Shown here one piece after another: positions 17,699 to 25,664 of a stretch of 64,000 nt of DNA. The first letter of the stretch is position 1; each line of letters opens with the position of its first letter. The DNA comes from Nitrososphaerota archaeon (GTDB lineage: Archaea > Thermoproteota > Nitrososphaeria > Nitrososphaerales > UBA57). Below the pieces are notes generated by a model that worked only from the letters and a program-made list of their open reading frames with translations, had not been told where the DNA came from and did not search any database. Position numbers and translations under genes: made by a program. The DNA lies in contig JACAFT010000001.1 in assembly GCA_013378375.1 (NCBI GenBank), forward strand, positions 8,890 to 72,889, written 5' to 3'.

Positions 17699-18321
17699 TT
17701 CTTATTTTTATGCACATTATTTTTTATTAAATAGGAACTTTTTACATGAGGTATCGGAGAATCCAATTTCATAATTCTTATTTTTAATTCATATTTTTTT
17801 ACTAATTCTCTTAATTTCTTAAGTTTGTGAGTCTGATCATACCCTATGGTTATTATATCCGGTTTTATTTTTTTTACAATTTTAAATATTTCTCCTTTAC
17901 TTCCTAATACTGCATGATCCACATATTTTATTGACGATACTAGAGTTTTACGTTTTCTTTCACTATTTATTGCTGTTCTACCTTTATTTTTTTTCACACG
18001 TTCATCTCTTGCAATAGAGACAATTAAAAAATCTCCTTGTTGTTTTGATTTTTTTAATGTGTATATGTGACCTGGATGTATAATGTCATACACACCTCCT
18101 GTGAATACAATTTTAATTTTTTTTCTTCCTTTTTTAGTTAAAAAATATTTATTATTTGATTCTTTAATTAATTTTAATGTTTTTAGATTATGAAGATTAT
18201 TTATTATATTTATTTTATCTAAATCAGTTTGTTTTTGTATATTCGTTAATGAATTTTTTTCTAATAAATTATTCTTGTAAATAATGATTAGTAATTTTCT
18301 TTCTATTTTATTAATTTTCAT
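17695..18321 (-). CDS. ribL: cytidylyltransferase-fold FMN adenylyltransferase (RibL-like FAD synthetase) with N-terminal wHTH-like domain
   Basis: Nucleotidyltransferase motif FTGGVYDIIHPGHIYTLKKSK (the HxGH class). It is convergent with ribK. An extra N-terminal domain of about 65 aa is present. Confidence 0.75.
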   Translation of the reverse strand: MKINKIERKLLIIIYKNNLLEKNSLTNIQKQTDLDKINIINNLHNLKTLKLIKESNNKYFLTKKGRKKIKIVFTGGVYDIIHPGHIYTLKKSKQQGDFLIVSIARDERVKKNKGRTAINSERKRKTLVSSIKYVDHAVLGSKGEIFKIVKKIKPDIITIGYDQTHKLKKLRELVKKYELKIRIMKLDSPIPHVKSSYLIKNNVHKNKN

Positions 18322-18324
18322 AGT

Positions 18325-19353
18325 TTACCACTTTATTTCTATTTTTCCTAAAAATACCAATGCATCTATTAATCCCTCAGCATATCCAATACTTAATATT
18401 GACAATTCGAATCGTTCTTCGTTCTTAAATCTTTCTGCATCTTCGATATAGGCGTTGATATTCTTAAATAACTCATCATATTTTTGTTCATTTTTTGTTA
18501 TTTGTTTTATTTTATTTAATGTGCTTTTTGTTTTTGGTATGTATCTATTTAACATATCTAATGATGTTGATTTAACATTATGTGAATTATCTGAAATATT
18601 GTTTTTATTTATATTAAAAATTAATTCTAATGATTCAATTTCCGTAAAATGTAATTTACTCGGTATGATTATGCAATATGGGGGTTTATCATATTCATTT
18701 TTAATTAAATCCTTTACTAATCCTGCTTGTATTTCTTGTTTTTTCATACCTATTCTTGATGCGATAATAATAAAACTTGATTTTGTAAATACTTGTTTTT
18801 TTTGTTCTAATTCTAATGATAAAAGCTGATTTAATGACTCATTTGGTTTTATGTAAATTCCTTCATCTATATTGTATTCTAGTAATATCAATGTATGTAG
18901 TTCTGCCAGTAAATTTTTTAATATTATATCATATACTGATAGAGGTGCGATTTTAGTTTTTGTCATTAATGTAGTTACTCTTCCAAATTTGTATGAATGT
19001 AATCCTGTTTCCCCAGGCAATGCTGTTAGAATTGAACTGTTGTGCAGAATTATTGTTTTAATACCAAGTTTTTCTGCTCGCATTTTTAGATCCATATGTG
19101 TTGTTGCAAACATTGAATTTCCATATGATAATAGTGCTACTGTTTCATTTTTTGCTTCATTGAGTATTTTTTCCCCATTTTCTATAAAATCTCTTCCAAC
19201 TTCTGTATATTTAAAATCAAATTTATATTCATTATATGGAATTGGAGGACTTGTATATCTTTCAAAATAAATATTTTCTGCTGTTTTTAGCATTTCATAC
19301 GCTTCAGTTGTTATTGTATTTACATCTAATCCTAGACCTACAAAGATTAACAT
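18325..19353 (-). CDS. dph5: diphthine synthase (Dph5) with an extra C-terminal domain of about 80 aa
   Basis: Tetrapyrrole-methylase-type N-terminus MLIFVGLGL...ENIYFERYTS and PPYCIIIPSKLHFTE near residue 235. At 342 aa it is longer than the usual length of about 260 aa. Confidence 0.85.
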   Translation of the reverse strand: MLIFVGLGLDVNTITTEAYEMLKTAENIYFERYTSPPIPYNEYKFDFKYTEVGRDFIENGEKILNEAKNETVALLSYGNSMFATTHMDLKMRAEKLGIKTIILHNSSILTALPGETGLHSYKFGRVTTLMTKTKIAPLSVYDIILKNLLAELHTLILLEYNIDEGIYIKPNESLNQLLSLELEQKKQVFTKSSFIIIASRIGMKKQEIQAGLVKDLIKNEYDKPPYCIIIPSKLHFTEIESLELIFNINKNNISDNSHNVKSTSLDMLNRYIPKTKSTLNKIKQITKNEQKYDELFKNINAYIEDAERFKNEERFELSILSIGYAEGLIDALVFLGKIEIKW

Positions 19354-19421
19354 TTTCTTTCTAATTATATCGAAGGAAAATGTTCAATAAAAAGTAAATT
19401 GCATTATGTTTGCGTAACATT

Positions 19422-19533
19422 GGGTCTGTGGCTCAGCCAGGCAGAATTTATGCCTATAGCGGCTGGCTCTTAACCAGATATATATTTCGATATATAGGTG
19501 ATTAAGTCGTGGGTTCAAATCCCACCAGACCCG
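19422..19533 (+). tRNA. tRNA-Lys(CUU) with two non-canonical introns (22/23 and 42/43)
   Basis: The sequence reads GGGTCTG-TG-GCTC-AGCCAGGCA-G[13 nt]AGC-G-GCTGG-CTCTTAA-CCAG[25 nt]T-AAGTC-GTGGG-TTCAAAT-CCCAC-CAGACCC-G. The inserts are 19445-19457 and 19478-19502. The second has a full helix-bulge-helix-bulge-helix structure. Confidence 0.92.
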
Positions 19534-19542
19534 TTAACATAT

Positions 19543-19713
19543 CTAATAGCTACCCTCTGCCATGGGTCTTAAATGTCTTTTCCACGAACTTTTACTACAT
19601 TTGTTACATTTGTACAATGATTTGCCTTTTCTCATCATTACATCTTTTTGTTTAATAATATTATGAGTTGTTTTTGATAGGCATTTGCTACAATATCTAT
19701 TTTCAGTTACCAA
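19543..19713 (-). CDS. candidate 56-aa four-cysteine zinc-ribbon protein (below the ORF-track cutoff)
   Basis: My own translation gives (TTG)MVTENRYCSKCLSKTTHNIIKQKDVMMRKGKSLYKCNKCSKSSWKRHLRPMAEGSY*. It has two CxxC pairs and is basic. It starts 6 nt after the rfcS stop on the same strand. The start codon is uncertain, and an internal ATG would give only 31 aa. Confidence 0.35.
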   Translation of the reverse strand: MVTENRYCSKCLSKTTHNIIKQKDVMMRKGKSLYKCNKCSKSSWKRHLRPMAEGSY

Positions 19714-19719
19714 TTATCA

Positions 19720-20700
19720 TCATTTATTTCTTATATTTGAAATCTCAGCTAGTAAAGCTGTTAGTTGAATATCTGGATTGGCCCCAATGATTATTCTATA
19801 ATCATATTCTGCTAGTATCTTAATTATTTGTCCAATTTCATTATATTTTTTCTTATTAACCACTTCGTTTGCATATTTTAGAAAATCCTTTTCAGAGACT
19901 CCATATACTTTTGTTAATAATACCAATTTTTCTCTTGCTTCTTTGAATTTATTATTTATTGCTAATTCTATTATTTCTTCTGTTTTATTTTTGTATGAGA
20001 ATCCTGTTACAACATCAATATTTTTGATATTTATTTTTCCCAGAGCTGCACTGGACTGCAATAAATTTATTGCTAATCTTAAATCTCCACCTGTAGACTC
20101 ATAAATTTTTATTAATGCGTTGTTTTCAAAGCTAATTTTTTCTTTTGTACAAATTATTTCTAAGTGTTTTACTAAATCATTTTGTTCAAATTTAATAAAA
20201 TTAAATGATGCACATCTGCTTTGTATTGGTTCAATTATATTTGAAATATAATTTCCAATTAAAATAAATCTGCATGATTTTGATGTTTCTTCTAATATTC
20301 TTCTTAATGCTGTTTGAGCATCATTTGTCATTTCATCTGCTTCATCAAGAATTATCATTTTAAATGGTACTTTTTTTCTATCGTCTGCATATCGAGCAAA
20401 AGTTTTTACTCTATTTCTAATTGTGTTGATTCCTCTTTCATCTGAGGCATTTAATAATATTGAGTAATCTTGCCAATCTTTTCCTAGGATATTTTTTGCA
20501 ATTATTATTGCTAATGTTGTTTTTCCTGTACCTGGAGGTCCAGTGAACATTAAATGCGGCATAATTTTTGGGTCTTTTAATATAGCATTAATTCGATTTA
20601 TAATTGATTTTTGATTAATAATTTCTTTAATTTCCGAAGGCCTATATTTTTCAACCCACATTAACTCGTCAACTTTACGTATTTTTGATGAATTTACCAT
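19720..20700 (-). CDS. rfcS: replication factor C small subunit
   Basis: WVEKYRP, Walker A GPPGTGKTT, Walker B ILDEADEM, and the SRC motif QSRC. Confidence 0.95.
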   Translation of the reverse strand: MVNSSKIRKVDELMWVEKYRPSEIKEIINQKSIINRINAILKDPKIMPHLMFTGPPGTGKTTLAIIIAKNILGKDWQDYSILLNASDERGINTIRNRVKTFARYADDRKKVPFKMIILDEADEMTNDAQTALRRILEETSKSCRFILIGNYISNIIEPIQSRCASFNFIKFEQNDLVKHLEIICTKEKISFENNALIKIYESTGGDLRLAINLLQSSAALGKINIKNIDVVTGFSYKNKTEEIIELAINNKFKEAREKLVLLTKVYGVSEKDFLKYANEVVNKKKYNEIGQIIKILAEYDYRIIIGANPDIQLTALLAEISNIRNK

Positions 20701-20839
20701 TATTATATATGAATCTTGTTTACTTTTGTATTTTACTTTTAATTAACTAAATTTGTTTAATTTTGACAATTTTTTTTATCATATTGTTTAATTGAGTTGC
20801 CCCTTTACCCTTAAAGGATACTTTATTGATAATTCATAT

Positions 20840-21406
20840 ATGGCTCTTGGAGATGAGAATTCCATTAGCAGTATGATGAAAGACATCACTGTTGAATCTG
20901 AACTATCATTAATTAAAATTATAGCAAAAAAAGATATCAACCAAACTGAAATTGGAGGTTATAAAATTAACGATCAAGAAGAAGGTAGTAAATTTGAGGT
21001 TCCTAAGTGGGTTGCGTCTATTCTTTCTGATATGGATTTAATTGAATTTGTCGACGATGGAATTGAAATTGAGGTGTTCAAAGCACTTAACCAAGAAAAA
21101 TTATTAGGCAATCAACTTTCTGAACTCAGACCTGATTTATACAAAAAAATTAATTTTTTATTAAAAAATTGGAAGAATAAATTGTCTAATGATCACGAGC
21201 TGATTCAAAATTATGAAAAATTATCTACTTCTTTGCTTGATCTTATTAATATTCGAATTAGCAAAATAATTGCCCTTGCATCGTTATCATATCCTCCAGA
21301 CGATCTTCACAAACATCTTACTAGTGAAGAATTTCTCTTATTTGATAATGTCCAAAAACAAATTCAAGAATGGCGTAATTCTATGGTAGGTGAAGAAAAT
21401 GTCTGA
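20840..21406 (+). CDS. GINS complex subunit (Gins23/Gins51-like)
   Basis: About 190 aa and helical. EVPKWVASILSDMDLIEF resembles the GINS LPxWxA motif. It lies immediately upstream of mcm and overlaps it, as in the crenarchaeal gins23-mcm operon. I moved the start to ATG 20840. Confidence 0.6.
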   Translation: MALGDENSISSMMKDITVESELSLIKIIAKKDINQTEIGGYKINDQEEGSKFEVPKWVASILSDMDLIEFVDDGIEIEVFKALNQEKLLGNQLSELRPDLYKKINFLLKNWKNKLSNDHELIQNYEKLSTSLLDLINIRISKIIALASLSYPPDDLHKHLTSEEFLLFDNVQKQIQEWRNSMVGEENV

Positions 21407-23480
21407 ACAAGCTGTTGGCACTCGGGCAAATTGGAAAGATACATTTTCAAAATTTATTAAAACTTACAAAGATAAATCTCGTAAATATAAATATCGTGCA
21501 TATATCTCTTCTATGGTTAATTCTAATTCTAGTTCACTTATTATTGATTATAATGATCTTCTTCAATTTGATATCGATTTAGCTAGATTATTGATTGAAA
21601 AACCAGATGAAATGTTTATTCAATTAAATGATGCTGCATTGGAAACATTATATTATGAAAGTTCTGTTCATGCAGAATCAATTAAGGATCAAATCCAAGT
21701 TAGAATCACATCTCTTCCTGATTCTATTCCTTTACGTGATGTATCTAGTAAAGAACTTCATCGTTTAATATCTGTTGAAGGTATGGTTGTTAGGACCTCG
21801 GAGCTTAAACCATTAGCAAAAAAAGCTGGTTTTGTGTGTGCCAAATGCGGTAGTATAAATACGGAGATCCAAGATACGCCTATCTTGACTAAACCCTCAA
21901 AATGTATCCAACCTGATTGTACAGAAACAAAGAGTTTTGTTTTTAATGAACGGGAATCTACTTTTCAAGATTATCAAATTATTCGTATTCAAGAACTACC
22001 TGAAGAATTACCTCCTGGTCAATTACCACAGTCTTCTGACGTACATTTAATTGGTGGAATTGTTAATGTTGCAAGACCTGGGGATAGAATAACTCTTACC
22101 GGTATTGTTCGATTAGATCAATCGGATTCTCGTGGTTCTGACACATCTGCAATATTTAATTCAAAAATTGACGGTAATTATATTGACGTTGAAGCTAAAG
22201 GTCCTGAAGATGTCACTCTGACAAAAGAAGAAGAAGATTTTATTCTTGATTTTTCTAAAAAACCTGATGCATATGATCAATTAATCGAATCAATGTCACC
22301 AAATATTCAGGGAATGAATAGACAAAAAGAAGCCATTTTACTTATGTTAATCGGTTCTCCTAATAGAATTCTGGAAGATGGTTCATCTATTCGTGGAGAT
22401 ATTAATATTTTATTTGTAGGAGATCCTGGAACTGCAAAAAGTGAATTATTAAAATATGCATCACGGTTGGCTCCTCGTGGTTTATATGCTTCAGGTAAGG
22501 GTTCAACTGCTGCTGGATTGACTGCTGCAGTTGTTAGAGAAAAATCAGGTATGATGATGTTGGAAGCTGGTACTGTTGTTTTAGCAGATAAAGGAATTGC
22601 ATGTATTGATGAATTTGATAAAATGAGACAAGAAGATCGTACTGCATTACATGAAGCAATGGAACAACAAACAGTTAGCGTTGCTAAAGGTGGAATTAAT
22701 GCAACTCTGAATGCTAGGACTGCAGTTTTAGCTGCCGCAAATCCTCTTGATGGACAATACGATCCATATAAAACATTTAATAATCAAATAAATATTGACA
22801 CTCCTTTACTTACTCGATTTGATCTAATTTTTGCTATTAGGGATTCCCCCAACACTGTTCAAGACGAAAAACTCGGCACACATATTCTTGATATTCATGA
22901 AACAGGCAAAATTAACATTAATGCGCCTTTGGAATTTGGTTTATTGAAGAAATATATAGGTTATGCGAAGAATTTTGAACCTAAATTAACCGACGATGCA
23001 AAGAAAAAAATCTTGGATTTCTACGTAGCTACTAGACAACGACCTGCGGTAGATGAAGAAGGTAATCAAGGAATAACTGTTACTCCGAGAGCATTGGAGG
23101 GTCTTATAAGACTTTCATCTGCACATGCTCGGGCCAAATTTCAAGATGAAATAACTGGAGATGACGCACTTGTTGCGATAAGCCTAGTTACTGAAATGTA
23201 TAGATCTGTTGGAACAGATCCGTCGACTGGTCAAGTTGATCCCGGAATACTTTATGGAAAACCCTTGAGTGAACGTGGTAAACTCGAAACTAGTAGTGAG
23301 ATTTTTGACGAACTTGAAAAGTCATCAAAAGATAATCTTGTTGATAGAGATGAGTTTATTCAAAAATTAATTGATTCAGGTAAATTCAATGCTTCAGAAG
23401 CTAGAAAGTATTTTAGAAATATGAGCGATAGTGGACAAATATACAATGTTAAAGATAATTTTTATAGAAAGGTTCGTTAA
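21390..23480 (+). CDS. mcm: MCM replicative helicase
   Basis: Zinc finger CAKCGS...C.QPDC, Walker A GDPGTAKS, Walker B CIDEFDKM, arginine finger region LTRFDLIF. 696 aa. ATG 21399 is an alternative start. Confidence 0.95.
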   Translation: MKKMSEQAVGTRANWKDTFSKFIKTYKDKSRKYKYRAYISSMVNSNSSSLIIDYNDLLQFDIDLARLLIEKPDEMFIQLNDAALETLYYESSVHAESIKDQIQVRITSLPDSIPLRDVSSKELHRLISVEGMVVRTSELKPLAKKAGFVCAKCGSINTEIQDTPILTKPSKCIQPDCTETKSFVFNERESTFQDYQIIRIQELPEELPPGQLPQSSDVHLIGGIVNVARPGDRITLTGIVRLDQSDSRGSDTSAIFNSKIDGNYIDVEAKGPEDVTLTKEEEDFILDFSKKPDAYDQLIESMSPNIQGMNRQKEAILLMLIGSPNRILEDGSSIRGDINILFVGDPGTAKSELLKYASRLAPRGLYASGKGSTAAGLTAAVVREKSGMMMLEAGTVVLADKGIACIDEFDKMRQEDRTALHEAMEQQTVSVAKGGINATLNARTAVLAAANPLDGQYDPYKTFNNQINIDTPLLTRFDLIFAIRDSPNTVQDEKLGTHILDIHETGKININAPLEFGLLKKYIGYAKNFEPKLTDDAKKKILDFYVATRQRPAVDEEGNQGITVTPRALEGLIRLSSAHARAKFQDEITGDDALVAISLVTEMYRSVGTDPSTGQVDPGILYGKPLSERGKLETSSEIFDELEKSSKDNLVDRDEFIQKLIDSGKFNASEARKYFRNMSDSGQIYNVKDNFYRKVR

Positions 23481-23489
23481 ATAAATTAC

Positions 23490-25664
23490 TTGAAAATATC
23501 TGAACTCGATCTACAAGGACGATATATTGAATTCTTAAATTCTTTGAATTTTATAACATTATATCCTCCACAGGCTGATTGTGTTTCTAGTGGATTGCTT
23601 AAAAATCAAAATTTACTTGTTTCAACTCCAACTGCAAGTGGAAAAACACTTGTTGCAATAATTGCCACATTAAAACATATTGAACACGGAGGTAAAATTG
23701 TTTATTTGTCTCCTTTGCGAGCATTAGCAAGCGAAAAATATTTTGATTTTAAAAAATTAGAAAAAATCACTAAATCTGACGGTTCTAGTATCAAAGTTAG
23801 TATATCTACCGGTGATTATGAATCAAATAGTGATCATCTCAAAGATTCTGATATAATAATTTTAACAAATGAAAAATTTGATTCTTTGAGAAGACATGGA
23901 ATAAAATGGCTTTCTAAAATTTCATTAATAGTTATTGACGAAATACATCTTCTTGGCGATTCTTATCGTGGACCTACATTGGAAATGATTATAGCAAATA
24001 TGATGATTTCTGAACACAAACCTCAATTAATTGGGCTAAGTGCTACGATAAATAATGTTGACGAAATCTCTGATTGGCTTAATGCTAAATCAGTTATTTC
24101 AAATTGGAGACCTGTAGATCTTTATGAAGGGGTATGGTGTTCTGGTCAATTGGATTTTAAAGATGGTACTTCCCCTGTTAATATTGATAATTCGGGAGAA
24201 GGCACTGCTATTGATATAGCTCTTGATATGGTTAAGCAAAATGCTCAAAGTATAATTTTTACCGAAACACGAAAACGTGCTGCTAGTCTTGCTAAGAAAA
24301 TTGAAAAAATGATGCCTGTCTTATTAAATATTGAACAATCTGCTGAATTGAATGATTTATCAAAAAAGTTAGAAAAATCTGATAGTGATAATGATATGAA
24401 TAAATTACTTGTAAAATTGATAAAACATGGTGTTGCATTTCATCACGCAGGTGTTAGTAATCAACAACGACAGATTATTGAAACAGGCTTTAAAGAAAGA
24501 AAAATAAAAATTATTTGCTCAACACCTACTCTTGCTGCTGGGGTTAATCTTCCTGCTCGACGTGTTGTATTGAGTAGTTATCTTAGATACGACATGAAAT
24601 ATGGAGGGATGTCTCCAATTTCTGTTCTTGATTATAAACAAATGTGTGGACGTGCTGGTCGACCTCAATACGACGATCGCGGTGAAACTATCTTAATTGC
24701 TAATAATGAATCAGAACAAGATTCATTATTTGATCATTATATTAATGGAGATGTTGAGGATATTGAATCTGCTTTAAGCAATCAAGATTCATTACGAACA
24801 CATATTCTTGCTACTATCTCATCTAGTCAATTTGGTATATCCAAACCTAAATTATTAAAATTATTTAATAATACTTTGTTTACATTACAAAATGGAAATG
24901 ATGAATTAGAATTTAAAGTAGAAGAGTCTCTTGACTTTCTATTAAACGAAAATTTTATTGAAAAACGCAATAATAAATTCATTTCAACTCGTTTTGGTAA
25001 ACAAACTTCATTACTATATATTAATCCATTGACTGCTCGAAACTTTCGTGATTATATTATGTCCTCTAAGAAAGGAATGAGTTATACTCTTGGTATATTA
25101 CAAGTTATTATTTCTAGTCCTGATTTTGGCCGATTATTTTCCTTCAGAAAATCAGATGAATCTTTATATTTATCATTTATAGACAAACATAAATCTGAAT
25201 TTTTTGATTTGGATTATTCAGAACATGATTTTAAATCTACTTTTCGTATTCTTTCGGCCTTAAATGCTTGGATTAATGAAAAAAAAGAGAACGACATTCT
25301 TAATCTAGTTGATATTGATCCTGGAGATTTGTATTTTGCTACTGAAAATACAAAGTGGCTTCTAAATGCATTCTATAGGATGACTATTCTCTTTCAAATT
25401 AGACACTTGCTTGATCCTCTTTTAATTCTACAAAATCGTATTCAAACAGGAATTAAATCTGAACTAATTCCACTTACTAGTCTTCGAGGAATAGGACGTG
25501 TTTACGCGAGACGGTTATTTAATTCTGGTTTTACAACACTTAGTTCGTTAAATTCTGCGTCTGTGTCTGATATTTCAAAAGTCCCGCAAATTAATTCATC
25601 TCTAGCTAATAAAATTAAAGAACAACTAAAAGACTTTGAAAGTAATGAATCCAACATACGTTAG
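23490..25664 (+). CDS. hel308: Hel308 / Ski2-like DNA helicase
   Basis: Walker A TPTASGKT, DEIH box, SAT, and a C-terminal HhH-like SLRGIGRVYARRLFNSGF. 724 aa. Confidence 0.9.
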   Translation: MKISELDLQGRYIEFLNSLNFITLYPPQADCVSSGLLKNQNLLVSTPTASGKTLVAIIATLKHIEHGGKIVYLSPLRALASEKYFDFKKLEKITKSDGSSIKVSISTGDYESNSDHLKDSDIIILTNEKFDSLRRHGIKWLSKISLIVIDEIHLLGDSYRGPTLEMIIANMMISEHKPQLIGLSATINNVDEISDWLNAKSVISNWRPVDLYEGVWCSGQLDFKDGTSPVNIDNSGEGTAIDIALDMVKQNAQSIIFTETRKRAASLAKKIEKMMPVLLNIEQSAELNDLSKKLEKSDSDNDMNKLLVKLIKHGVAFHHAGVSNQQRQIIETGFKERKIKIICSTPTLAAGVNLPARRVVLSSYLRYDMKYGGMSPISVLDYKQMCGRAGRPQYDDRGETILIANNESEQDSLFDHYINGDVEDIESALSNQDSLRTHILATISSSQFGISKPKLLKLFNNTLFTLQNGNDELEFKVEESLDFLLNENFIEKRNNKFISTRFGKQTSLLYINPLTARNFRDYIMSSKKGMSYTLGILQVIISSPDFGRLFSFRKSDESLYLSFIDKHKSEFFDLDYSEHDFKSTFRILSALNAWINEKKENDILNLVDIDPGDLYFATENTKWLLNAFYRMTILFQIRHLLDPLLILQNRIQTGIKSELIPLTSLRGIGRVYARRLFNSGFTTLSSLNSASVSDISKVPQINSSLANKIKEQLKDFESNESNIR

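Noticed and set aside
19543-19713. Assigning the 56-aa zinc-ribbon ORF as ribosomal protein L24e
   Set aside because: Cysteine spacing and the basic tail are loosely similar, but the conserved PGxG segment and the RNPRK...W tail are absent. I keep it as an unassigned zinc-ribbon candidate.
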